IMG/VR virus record: IMGVR_UViG_3300013093_000017
Location: 124,001 to 188,000 of that record
Reading direction: 5' to 3' (one strand)
DNA: 64,000 nucleotides
Positions 1 to 9,141 of the stretch are shown piece by piece. Below the pieces are notes generated by a model that searched no databases, was not told where the DNA came from, and saw only the letters and a program-made list of their open reading frames with translations. Position 1 is the stretch's first letter, and each line of letters begins with the position of its first letter. A program made the translations under genes and the position numbers.

Positions 1-978
1 TTATCCGAATTATTCCACCATAAAAAGAAACTAATAGAAGGCGGCAACGTATTTGCAGGCAAGACCACCTCTATTAAGCTCGAACACATTAAACCAACTT
101 TAGATGCGTACTTTGCAGAATTAAAACATCTGTTCCCAAAGAAAGCAGGCATATTTAACGAACAACATTTTGTTCCGCTCGGTTCAGTTGGTAAGAAAGC
201 AGTATCAGGTGACATTGATCTTGGTGTTAGTGCCAGTGAACTTGTTGATAAAGAAATGAGCGATGCCAGTATAGCCGAATGGGGTATTGATCCCAAAGAT
301 GTTGCAGCAGAAGCAGAAGCCTTGCAAAAACGTGCTAGAAGTTCTACTCCAGAACAATCACGCATGAAAGCATTTAATAAATGCCTAGTACGTTATATTA
401 ATGCACATGCCCCGACATTACACTGCGATGAAACAAAAGTAACCAACGGTAATCTATTTGGATTATTTCCGCAGATAGACGAACAAGGCAATCACGTGGG
501 CAGTGGTGTGCAAATTGATTGGATGATTGGAGATCTAAATTGGCTACGTTTCAGCTATCATTCAGCAGCATATCCAGAAGGGTCTAATGTTAAAGGTCTA
601 CACCGTACGCAATTAATGTTATCAGCGTTCCAAGTGGCAGGACTATCATTTAATCACGTTGATGGTGTTAAAGATAAAGCAACTGGAGAGATTATTGCTC
701 GGGATCCAGATCAAGCATTGACCATACTAGGACAACGTCTAGGATTTAAGATAACACAAGCAGATGCAGAAGATTATTATAAACTACATAATCTATTCAA
801 AGCAAAAATGCGCCCAGAAGAATATAGTGCATTGCTAAACATCTACTTTAAGATATTAGACAGTACTCGCGCAGATATTCCTGACGATTTACAAGACGAA
901 TGGCGCAAACGTCAATCGGCATTGGGCCTAACAGGTAAGTTCCTACCTGATAATTCAGCATTAAAGGTGAGACAATGA
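1..978 (+). CDS. Pol-beta-superfamily nucleotidyltransferase, 5'-truncated; probable head-packaged protein
   Basis: Frame 1 is open from base 1, upstream of the ORF-track start at 256: LSELFHHKKKLIEGGNVF...LGSVGKKAVSGDIDLG has the hGS...GDxD NTase motif; a candidate third Asp lies in VQIDWM. Confidence 0.65.
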   Translation, partial: LSELFHHKKKLIEGGNVFAGKTTSIKLEHIKPTLDAYFAELKHLFPKKAGIFNEQHFVPLGSVGKKAVSGDIDLGVSASELVDKEMSDASIAEWGIDPKDVAAEAEALQKRARSSTPEQSRMKAFNKCLVRYINAHAPTLHCDETKVTNGNLFGLFPQIDEQGNHVGSGVQIDWMIGDLNWLRFSYHSAAYPEGSNVKGLHRTQLMLSAFQVAGLSFNHVDGVKDKATGEIIARDPDQALTILGQRLGFKITQADAEDYYKLHNLFKAKMRPEEYSALLNIYFKILDSTRADIPDDLQDEWRKRQSALGLTGKFLPDNSALKVRQ

Positions 979-3926
979 GCGGAGTGGCCGGGGCAGATCG
1001 CATAAAGAGTCGTAACGATTTCAAGCAATTTCTTGCTTCCTATCAAAAACTGATTGCAAAGTTTCCTGGCTTTGTGTCAATGAACACCAGCGGAAGTTAT
1101 AACAGCGATCCAAGTAAAAATGATTTTGGTGATATTGATCTTATTGTACACATTAAGTCAGATAAAGATAAACCTACTGTAAAGAAAGAACTACAAGCGT
1201 TCTTACAAGCACAACCAGATACAGTTATTGTTCCGTTTACATCAGAGAAGCATGCCGGCAAACGTTCATACAATGCAGGTGAGCTAGTATCAGTTCGATA
1301 TCATGATGATCAATTAGGGTATTCGGCACAGATTGATAATATTGTTGCCCTAGACGAATCTGAAGCATCATTCAAGCAACAGTTCTTAGATTTGCCTGCT
1401 GAAAAGCAAGGACTAATTCTAGGCCTAGTTAAGATTGCTACAATTGAAACAGATCCTCAGAGGTTATTCAAAAGCCTGGGCATTACTGCACCGGTGCTTA
1501 CACAACCAAATGAAGAATACGAGTTTAATCTAAGCTCAGTTGAACTACAATTACGCAAGGTTACTTACAAACCAGGTACCTACGAACAAATTGGTCGCGA
1601 AGTTATTTGGACTAGTCGCAATTTTGACGATCTAAAGAAAGTATTATATCAATACAACCTAGATGCAGACTTTGATACACTGTTAGCACGTAGCAAACAG
1701 GTAATCAAAAATCCACGTAGCAATGCTCGTATGCAGGGTGTGTTTAGTAGTATGATTACAGTTAAATCAGGCGAGGTTGGCACTGCCAAAGGTGCCGGCA
1801 AAGAGGCTGCATTGGGCAAAATACAACAAACATTCCGCGAAGATGTATTCAAATGGACTGATTATGAAAATATAGACAACATGGATGATAGACTACATCT
1901 TGCCGAAACGTATTTTACAACTAATGATAATTTATTTGAATCCAATGAGTCCCATGCTACTAATTATTTCTTAAGTTTACGATCAGATGCTAATAATCCA
2001 GAAAAAAATAAAAAATATATTACAGTACTATTAGGATTAGTAGGTAATAGAATTATAAAAATGCAACCAATAGAATTTGGCACTTTTATAAAAAAACAAA
2101 ACGATATATTCTATATTCAATATGATAACGGTCAGATAGCAAAATTTCCGTCCGAATCAACTCAAACTAAATTAATAGCAAAAACATTTCTATTCGATAC
2201 TGTTCCTTCATATGATAAATTTAGGTCAGAAATTATGATGAAATTCAATACATCACTTCCTCCGGTTAATGAAAATCACAAGGACTACAGCTCAAAAATA
2301 AAAGAAAGCCGCTTGCTGAGAGAGATGATCAAACCACAGGCAAACACAGTGGTTTTTGCATTTGGTCGTTTTCAACCGCCTACAATTGGTCACGAGTTGC
2401 TCATTAATACAGTAAAGAACACCGCGGCAGGAAAGAGCGCAGATTACGTCATTTATGCTTCAAAAACACAAGATTCTAAGACAAATCCATTGTCAATTAA
2501 TCAAAAAATGCACTATTTAAACCTGGCATTTCCAGGTACTAACTTTGCTGCCGCTAATGCCGAAGTACGTACATTTATAGAGGCAGCAAAGATCCTTAAT
2601 AACCGATATAAGAATCTTATTATGGTAGCTGGTTCAGATCGTGTACAAGCATTTGAAGAAACACTAAACAAATACAATGGCACCGAATACAATTACGATA
2701 CAATCAAAGTAGTGTCAGCAGGTGAGCGTGATCCAGATTCAGATAGTGCAGCAGGTATGAGTGCAACTAAAATGCGCGAAGCCGCAGTAGCAGGTGATCT
2801 AAAACTGTTTATGAGTGGCCTCCCAAAAACTATCGGTACTAAGGATGCCGAACAGTTGATGAAAGATATACAACAAGGATTGGTTAAACAACCAAAGACT
2901 AATATGAAAGCAAAAGAAATTACTCCAGTGGCAGAAGGCAATGAAATGTCAGATGCAGCACAGGCTAGAGAATTGATCGGTCGTGCTATGTCCAATCGCA
3001 ATGAACGTCAAAAGTATTTTGACTTTATTAAATTCTTAATTAAAAAGAACGGCAAGGATTATGGTATTCAAGTACATCAACTTGCAACTAAGTTAGCCAA
3101 AGAAGGCCAAGATGGTATGGCAGGTGTAGGTATGGGCAACTATATTGTAGACAAAAGCACAACTAACGAACACATCGTTAAACACGGTAGTGGTTATAGA
3201 TTGGTTAGTAAAAAGACAGGTAAGAACTTAGGTGACTTTCCGACTCGTGCTGCCGCAGAAAAACACGAACGAGAAGTACAATACTTTAAACATGCCGGTG
3301 AAAGTGTAGAAACAGACGAAGCAGCAGCGTGGCAAAAATCGTCAGGTAAGAATAAGAACGGTGGCCTTAATAAAAAAGGAGTTGCCAGTTATCGCAGAGA
3401 ACATCCTGGTAGCAAACTAAAGACAGCAGTGACCAAAAAGCCTAGTGAATTAAAAGCAGGTAGTAAAGATGCTAAACGTCGCAAGAGTTTTTGCGCTCGT
3501 ATGAAAGGTATGAAGAAACATAACACTAGCTCTAAAACAGCACACGATCCAGATTCACGTATCAATAAATCACTGCGTAAATGGCACTGCGAAAGCATTG
3601 AAGAAATGGCACAGATGATTGAGAACGCAGAACGTTTCTTAGCCGAAGCCAAGGTCGAAGAAAAGTGGACTAAGAAATACAAAGACAGTATCAACTGTTC
3701 TAATCCTAAAGGCTTTAGTCAAAAGGCACATTGCGCAGGTAAAAAGAAAAACGAAGAAACAGAGATGGAAGAAGCTAAACAACGTTTAGATCCAAAGTGC
3801 TGGAAAGGTTATAAGAAACAAGGCACTAAGATGAAAGGCAACACTCGTGTAAACAACTGTGTGCCGGTAGACGAAAGCGTAGAAACTACTATAGCTAAAC
3901 TTATTAAACTATTAGAATCAAAATGA
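975..3926 (+). CDS. Multidomain protein: N-terminal Pol-beta NTase, AT-rich insert, cytidyltransferase-like (HIGH) domain and several small basic modules
   Basis: SGSY...FGDIDLIV (NTase); FAFGRFQPPTIGH, VAGSDR and GMSATKMR (T4-like phage cytidyltransferase family); C-terminal Lys-rich modules separated by Glu-rich linkers. Confidence 0.7.
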   Translation: MSGVAGADRIKSRNDFKQFLASYQKLIAKFPGFVSMNTSGSYNSDPSKNDFGDIDLIVHIKSDKDKPTVKKELQAFLQAQPDTVIVPFTSEKHAGKRSYNAGELVSVRYHDDQLGYSAQIDNIVALDESEASFKQQFLDLPAEKQGLILGLVKIATIETDPQRLFKSLGITAPVLTQPNEEYEFNLSSVELQLRKVTYKPGTYEQIGREVIWTSRNFDDLKKVLYQYNLDADFDTLLARSKQVIKNPRSNARMQGVFSSMITVKSGEVGTAKGAGKEAALGKIQQTFREDVFKWTDYENIDNMDDRLHLAETYFTTNDNLFESNESHATNYFLSLRSDANNPEKNKKYITVLLGLVGNRIIKMQPIEFGTFIKKQNDIFYIQYDNGQIAKFPSESTQTKLIAKTFLFDTVPSYDKFRSEIMMKFNTSLPPVNENHKDYSSKIKESRLLREMIKPQANTVVFAFGRFQPPTIGHELLINTVKNTAAGKSADYVIYASKTQDSKTNPLSINQKMHYLNLAFPGTNFAAANAEVRTFIEAAKILNNRYKNLIMVAGSDRVQAFEETLNKYNGTEYNYDTIKVVSAGERDPDSDSAAGMSATKMREAAVAGDLKLFMSGLPKTIGTKDAEQLMKDIQQGLVKQPKTNMKAKEITPVAEGNEMSDAAQARELIGRAMSNRNERQKYFDFIKFLIKKNGKDYGIQVHQLATKLAKEGQDGMAGVGMGNYIVDKSTTNEHIVKHGSGYRLVSKKTGKNLGDFPTRAAAEKHEREVQYFKHAGESVETDEAAAWQKSSGKNKNGGLNKKGVASYRREHPGSKLKTAVTKKPSELKAGSKDAKRRKSFCARMKGMKKHNTSSKTAHDPDSRINKSLRKWHCESIEEMAQMIENAERFLAEAKVEEKWTKKYKDSINCSNPKGFSQKAHCAGKKKNEETEMEEAKQRLDPKCWKGYKKQGTKMKGNTRVNNCVPVDESVETTIAKLIKLLESK

Positions 3927-4198
3927 AACAGTTCTACATTACCAAAGAAAATATAACACAAAATCATCCAGATGATTGCTATCTTGCTCCTGAGGATCCT
4001 ATCCAAGAATTAAAGATTGCTGCTATGATGGGTGGTCTTGGTGCACAGGCAAGGCTCGACGAATATAAAGCAAAGGTAGCCGAGACAAATAAGGTAAATA
4101 CTGGCAGTATCGACAAAGCCAAATATATGAAAGATAACAACATCAAGCCCGGCACGCCTGCCTGGTTTGAGCTATGGTTTGGCAGACAAGGAAAATAG
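3923..4198 (+). CDS. Hypothetical phage protein (IKPGTPAWFELWF)
   Basis: ATGA overlap with the upstream stop; part of a contiguous operon. Confidence 0.6.
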   Translation: MKQFYITKENITQNHPDDCYLAPEDPIQELKIAAMMGGLGAQARLDEYKAKVAETNKVNTGSIDKAKYMKDNNIKPGTPAWFELWFGRQGK

Positions 4199-4199
4199 A

Positions 4200-4565
4200 A
4201 TGAGAGCATACGAATTTATGAGAGAAGCCCGCGACTTTAAGGGCGGAAAAGGAATGAAATCAGATCAATCTGGCGCTATTCCAAACTCGCATGTTTATCC
4301 AGAATTAGACAATAGTTCAGGATATATGGCCTATAGATTTGGAATAGCCTTAGCTGGTATGCCTGATCAAAAGATGGATGTCGCTGGCCCAACTGGATTG
4401 AAACTAGTATCTATCGGATACACACCAGCAGATGAAGAAATCCTGCAAGCAGCAGCAGATTTAATCGGAACTCCGCGTGTTCGCTTAACTCCAAATGGTA
4501 GTACTGAATCACCAGGCACTAACTCTGCTAGCCCAGTTCCAGATAGGAAGAAATTAAAGAAATGA
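4200..4565 (+). CDS. Hypothetical protein, probable internal head protein
   Basis: The likely start is ATG at 4200 (MRAYEFMRE), resembling T4 capsid-targeting leaders of the MKTYQEFIAE type. Confidence 0.55.
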   Translation: MRAYEFMREARDFKGGKGMKSDQSGAIPNSHVYPELDNSSGYMAYRFGIALAGMPDQKMDVAGPTGLKLVSIGYTPADEEILQAAADLIGTPRVRLTPNGSTESPGTNSASPVPDRKKLKK

Positions 4566-5020
4566 AAATAAACGAAATCTTAGAAGCACAAGAACGTCCA
4601 TTGCCTAAAACTGATCTACGTGTAGGCGATCATGTTACAGCAGACACAAGCAAAGAACAATATCCAGGTGGTCATAAATCACGCACGGGCAAAGTAACCC
4701 GTGTTGGACAAACTGGTGTACACATTCAACCAGATGACGGTGGTGAGCGTGAATATCATCCTTACAAGATCGTAAAGAAAACTTCAGGGGTAGAAGAATC
4801 AGCAACAGCAGGTGCTACATCAAGCGGCTCTATTGCAACTGTGGTAAATCCGCAACTTAGTCCAGGTAAAGCACGCGGTAAGAAATCTTACACAGGCAGT
4901 CCAGGTCAAAGTGGTACTAAAGCACCACCGCAACCTAAACCGAAAGCACAAAAACCAACAGATAATGCATTGAATATGAAAGGTACTAGCATATTCGGTG
5001 GTCCAGCAATTAAACGATAA
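4562..5020 (+). CDS. Hypothetical protein with SH3/Tudor-like segment, probable internal head protein
   Basis: MKINEILE leader; LRVGDHV...TGKVTRVG beta-barrel-like segment; ESATAGATSSGSIA module. Confidence 0.55.
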   Translation: MKINEILEAQERPLPKTDLRVGDHVTADTSKEQYPGGHKSRTGKVTRVGQTGVHIQPDDGGEREYHPYKIVKKTSGVEESATAGATSSGSIATVVNPQLSPGKARGKKSYTGSPGQSGTKAPPQPKPKAQKPTDNALNMKGTSIFGGPAIKR

Positions 5021-5027
5021 CCCCCAA

Positions 5028-5068
5028 AAAGGTCAGATAACCTAAAAAATTATTTGACCTTTCCTTTT
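5028..5068 (+). terminator. Hairpin, probable terminator, overlapping the next promoter
   Basis: aaaggtcagataa (5028-5040) pairs with ttatttgaccttt (5050-5062), 13 bp with one G-U, followed by a pyrimidine tract. Confidence 0.5.
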
Positions 5069-5082
5069 CAACCCTATATACT
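5054..5082 (+). promoter_or_regulatory. sigma70-type promoter
   Basis: TTGACC-N17-TATACT upstream of an AAGGAG RBS and ATG 5106. Confidence 0.7.
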
Positions 5083-5105
5083 AGTATGACTAACAAGGAG
5101 ATATT

Positions 5106-5381
5106 ATGAGTAAAGCGTTTGGCGATCCAGAAAAAATTAAGATTAAACAAATTGTCTCAGAAGGTATGACTGTAATGCAAGAGATTGCTGACCTAACAGA
5201 AGGACTAAATGAAACCATTAAAGCAATTGCAGAAGAATTAGATGTAAAACCGAGTGTTATTAAGAAAGCAATTAAAATTGCACAAAAAGATCAATGGGAT
5301 CAAGTATTCCGTGAGTTTGATGATTTAGAAACAATCGTAGATATCAGTGGACACGCAAATCGTCTAACCGATTCCGAATAA
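5106..5381 (+). CDS. Small helical dsDNA-binding/transcription regulator (T4 DsbA/GapR-like)
   Basis: Size and helical pattern IKAIAEELDVKPSVIKKAIKIA; position ahead of the polymerase. Confidence 0.5.
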   Translation: MSKAFGDPEKIKIKQIVSEGMTVMQEIADLTEGLNETIKAIAEELDVKPSVIKKAIKIAQKDQWDQVFREFDDLETIVDISGHANRLTDSE

Positions 5382-5397
5382 CAATAAATAAAAACGA

Positions 5398-5460
5398 GAA
5401 AGGTTCCGCGAGCCATAAGTCGCATTTTGAAGGTCAGCCAGCCATAAGTGGTATTAGGAG
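5398..5460 (+). promoter_or_regulatory. Tandem RNA stem-loops in the DNA polymerase leader (candidate translational operator)
   Basis: GCGA-gccataag-TCGC (5408-5423) and GCCA-gccataag-TGGT (5437-5452), each preceded by AAGGT; the second abuts the AGGAG Shine-Dalgarno. Confidence 0.6.
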
Positions 5461-5466
5461 AAGTAA

Positions 5467-8139
5467 ATGTCGTATGTAGATTCCATCTGGGATCGTGACA
5501 ATGATATTGTCAAGGTCGTCGAACGAGATCCAATCAAGGGTCGTATATTCCAACAATTTCCAGCACGCTATGTGTTCTATTATCCAGACGGTCGAGGAAA
5601 ATACACATCAATCTTTGGGGAACCATTGACCAAGGTTGTTAGTAAGAGTTGGAAAGAAAATGTTAAAGAACAAAAGATTCATTCAAGTCACAAACTGTAC
5701 GAGAGCGATATCAATCCTGTATTCCGTTGTTTAGAAGAAAATTATCTAGGTAAAGATGCTCCAAAACTAAATGTAGCATTTTGGGATATTGAGGTGGACT
5801 TTGATCCAGAACGTGGCTATGCTAGTCCAGACGATGCGTTTATGCCAATTACTGCTATTGCAGTACACCTACAATGGTTAGACACTCTAGTGTGTTTAGC
5901 TGTACCTCCTAAAACATTAACTATGGCAGAAGCTCAGGAACAGGTTAAAGATTTTCCAAATACTATCCTATTCGAAACAGAATACGAAATGTTGGATACC
6001 TTCTTAAATTTAATTGAAGATGCAGATGTGTTAAGTGGATGGAACAGTGAAGGCTTTGATATGCCCTACACAGTTAATCGCATTATTAAAACTCTGAGCA
6101 AAGAAGATACTCGTAGATTATGTCTATTCGATCAACTGCCAAAAAAACGTGAATACGAAAAATATGGGAAACAGGCCGTTACTTATGATCTAGTTGGCCG
6201 TGTTCATTTAGATAGTTTAGAATTATATCGCAAGTACACTTACGAAGAACGTCACAGTTATTCGTTGGATGCTATTGCTGAATATGAACTAGGCGAACGC
6301 AAAACACAATACGAAGGCACACTTGATCAACTATACAACAATGACTTTAAAAAGTTTATTGAATATAACCGTCAAGATACTGCCTTGTTAGATCGCTTAG
6401 ATAAGAAATTAAAATTCTTAGACCTTGCTAACACACTAGCACATGATTGTACAGTATTGCTACAAACAACTATGGGTGCTGTGGCTGTTACAGAACAGGC
6501 TATTATTAACGAGGCACATCATTTAGGAATGATTGTTCCAAGTCGTCCTCGAAGAGATGATTCAGTTGACACGCAGGCCGCAGGTGCTTATGTAGCATAT
6601 CCAAAAAAAGGTATTCACGATTGGATTGGTTCAATGGATATTAACAGCTTATATCCAAGTGCAATTCGTGCCCTAAACATGGGTCCAGAAACTATTATTG
6701 GTCAATTACGTCAAGACTATACCAAAGCAGAAATCGAAGCCAAGATGGCTAAAAATGGCGGCAAGTTCGCTATGGCGTGGGAAGGTAAGTTTGGCGCAAA
6801 TGAATATGAGTTTGTTATGGCCAAAGATAAAACTAACGAAATCATTATTGATTGGGAAGATGGGCACACTGATGTAATGAGTGGTGCTCAGATCTATGAG
6901 CTAGTATTTGAAAGTAATCAACCTTGGATGCTATCAGCAAACGGAACTATCTTTACCTACGAGAAAGAAGGTATTATTCCGGGATTATTAAAACGCTGGT
7001 ATGCTGAACGTAAAGACATGCAGAAAAAACTAAAGGAAGCTATCGATGTTGGTAACAAAATTGAAGAAGAGTATTGGGATAAACGACAACTTGTTAAGAA
7101 AATTAATCTTAATAGTCTGTATGGGGCTATTCTTAACGCTGGTTGCCGCTTCTTTGATAACCGTATTGGACAATCCACCACCCTTACTGGGCGACGAATC
7201 GCTAGGCATATGGCCGCTAAGATAAATGAGATTATCACAGGCGATTACGACCATGTAGGTAAAAGCATTATCTACGGTGATACTGATAGTGCGTACTTTA
7301 GCGCATACTTAACTTTAAAGAATGAAATCAATAAAGGTCAACTTACTTGGAATAAAGATACTGTTATTGATCTATATAATACAGTAGCAGACGAAGTAAA
7401 TGGTACATTTCCTCAATTGATGCTAGATGATTTCCATTGTCCTAAATCCAGAGGCGAAGTAATTAAAGCAGGGCGTGAAATTGTTGCCATCAAAGGATTG
7501 TTTATTACCAAGAAGCGTTATGCTGTATTGTATTACGACAAAGACGGTAATCGTTATGACGTAGACGGCAAGGTTGGCAAGATCAAAGCTATGGGTTTAG
7601 ATTTGAAGCGCAGTGATACTCCGGAGTTTATGCAGAACTTTTTGAGCGATGTATTAACCAAGGTGTTAAATGGTGCTGAAGAATCAGAAATTCTTGAGAT
7701 GATATCAGAGTTCCGTACCAAGTTTAAAGTGCGTCCAGGCTGGGAAAAAGGTAGCCCAAAACGTGCTAACAACATTGCTGCCTATCAAGCCAAAGAAGAA
7801 AAGGCAGGTAAGAGTAATATGCCCGGACACGTTCGAGCTAGTATCAATTGGAATACTTTGAAGCGCATGAATGGTGACAAATATTCTATGAACATTGTAG
7901 ATGGTATGAAGGTTATCGTTTGCAAGATGAAAGACAATCCACTCGGATATACCTCAATCGCATATCCAGTAGATGAACTGCGTTTACCTAAATGGTTCCA
8001 AGAATTACCATTTGATCACGCAGAGATGGAAGCTACTATTATTAACAACAAACTAGATAATCTTATTGGAGTATTGGAGATTGACCTTGTGTCAACCCAA
8101 AACAACAATACATTTTCTTCGTTATTTGATTTTGAATAA
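5467..8139 (+). CDS. Family B DNA polymerase (T4 gp43-like)
   Basis: Exo motifs DIE, GWNSEGFD and YNRQD; polymerase motifs DINSLYPS, KINLNSLYG and YGDTDS. Confidence 0.97.
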   Translation: MSYVDSIWDRDNDIVKVVERDPIKGRIFQQFPARYVFYYPDGRGKYTSIFGEPLTKVVSKSWKENVKEQKIHSSHKLYESDINPVFRCLEENYLGKDAPKLNVAFWDIEVDFDPERGYASPDDAFMPITAIAVHLQWLDTLVCLAVPPKTLTMAEAQEQVKDFPNTILFETEYEMLDTFLNLIEDADVLSGWNSEGFDMPYTVNRIIKTLSKEDTRRLCLFDQLPKKREYEKYGKQAVTYDLVGRVHLDSLELYRKYTYEERHSYSLDAIAEYELGERKTQYEGTLDQLYNNDFKKFIEYNRQDTALLDRLDKKLKFLDLANTLAHDCTVLLQTTMGAVAVTEQAIINEAHHLGMIVPSRPRRDDSVDTQAAGAYVAYPKKGIHDWIGSMDINSLYPSAIRALNMGPETIIGQLRQDYTKAEIEAKMAKNGGKFAMAWEGKFGANEYEFVMAKDKTNEIIIDWEDGHTDVMSGAQIYELVFESNQPWMLSANGTIFTYEKEGIIPGLLKRWYAERKDMQKKLKEAIDVGNKIEEEYWDKRQLVKKINLNSLYGAILNAGCRFFDNRIGQSTTLTGRRIARHMAAKINEIITGDYDHVGKSIIYGDTDSAYFSAYLTLKNEINKGQLTWNKDTVIDLYNTVADEVNGTFPQLMLDDFHCPKSRGEVIKAGREIVAIKGLFITKKRYAVLYYDKDGNRYDVDGKVGKIKAMGLDLKRSDTPEFMQNFLSDVLTKVLNGAEESEILEMISEFRTKFKVRPGWEKGSPKRANNIAAYQAKEEKAGKSNMPGHVRASINWNTLKRMNGDKYSMNIVDGMKVIVCKMKDNPLGYTSIAYPVDELRLPKWFQELPFDHAEMEATIINNKLDNLIGVLEIDLVSTQNNNTFSSLFDFE

Positions 8140-8186
8140 TTATATTTCTATCAACAAAAAGACTAAATAGTTGATAGGAGTATTAT

Positions 8187-9077
8187 ATGAACTACAAACT
8201 ACATTATGAATTATTGATTAAAAAAGCAAAGAATCGTATACTCGATCCGCTGATTAAAGTGGAATCTCATCATATTTTACCAAGATCAATGGGTGGCACC
8301 GATATGAACGAAAATCTAATAGCGTTGTTTCCGAGAGAACATTTAATTGCGCATTTATTGTTATGGAAAATTCATCAATCTAATGCAATGACTAATGCGG
8401 CGTGGCAAATGTCACATAGGAAAATTGGAGATGAATATATTAAAATTAACTCTCGTATATATGAAAAATTAAGAATAGCCTTTAGTGAAACACAAACCAA
8501 AAGAATGGCAGACCCTAAAGTAAGAGAACACTTAAAAAATATTAATTTAGGGCATCCCGTAAGTATCGAAAGCAGACAAAAAATATCTGCCGCACTTACA
8601 GGAAAGAAACAACCAAACGAGTTAGTAGAAAAAAGATCTATAGGTATTAGAAAATATATGTCAGAATCACGTAAAGGAAAAACCTGGGAAGAAATATACG
8701 GTAAAAAAGTTTCTAAAAAAATGAGAGAAGATATCAGTAATGCTAATAAAGGAAAAATACTCACCGATTCCCACAAAGAAAATATTAGCAAAGGAAATAC
8801 TGGTAAGCTGTTATCCGAAGAAACGAAAGAAAAAATATCAACATCTAACAAAGGAAAGGTTAGAACCGAGGAGGCAAAAAAACGAATATCAGAATCCCAT
8901 ATAGGAAAACTATTATCAGAGGAACATAAAACAAAAATAAGTGAATCAAATAAAGGAAAACCTAAATCAGAAGAGACTAAACAAAAAATGTCAGAATCTA
9001 AAAAAGGAAAAACGTTCACTGAAGACCATAAGAAAAAACTTAGTGAAGCAGCAAAACAAAGAAAAAAGAGATTTTGA
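8187..9077 (+). mobile_element. Free-standing HNH homing endonuclease with NUMOD3-like repeats
   Basis: [12 protein letters not shown]...[14 protein letters not shown]; repeated SEETKxKIS...KGK units; very A-rich; own CTAAATA at 8163-8169. Confidence 0.9.
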
Positions 9078-9088
9078 GTAAAAAATAC

Positions 9089-9117
9089 TTGACATTGACA
9101 CATTTTCTAAATATACT
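9089..9117 (+). promoter_or_regulatory. sigma70 promoter with tandem TTGACA and embedded late-type TAAATA
   Basis: TTGACA(9089)-N17-TATACT(9112); a second TTGACA at 9095; CTAAATA at 9107-9113. Confidence 0.7.
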
Positions 9118-9141
9118 TAATATAACAAAGGAATCATTATA

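Noticed and set aside
5398-5460. Mini CRISPR array reading of the repeated GCCATAAG unit
   Set aside because: There are only two short units, no spacer-length unique sequence and no cas genes; the stems covary as in a structured leader.
8375-9103. 242-aa antisense ORF
   Set aside because: It is the shadow of the A-rich repetitive HNH/NUMOD3 gene, with Phe/Leu/Ser-rich composition and no RBS.
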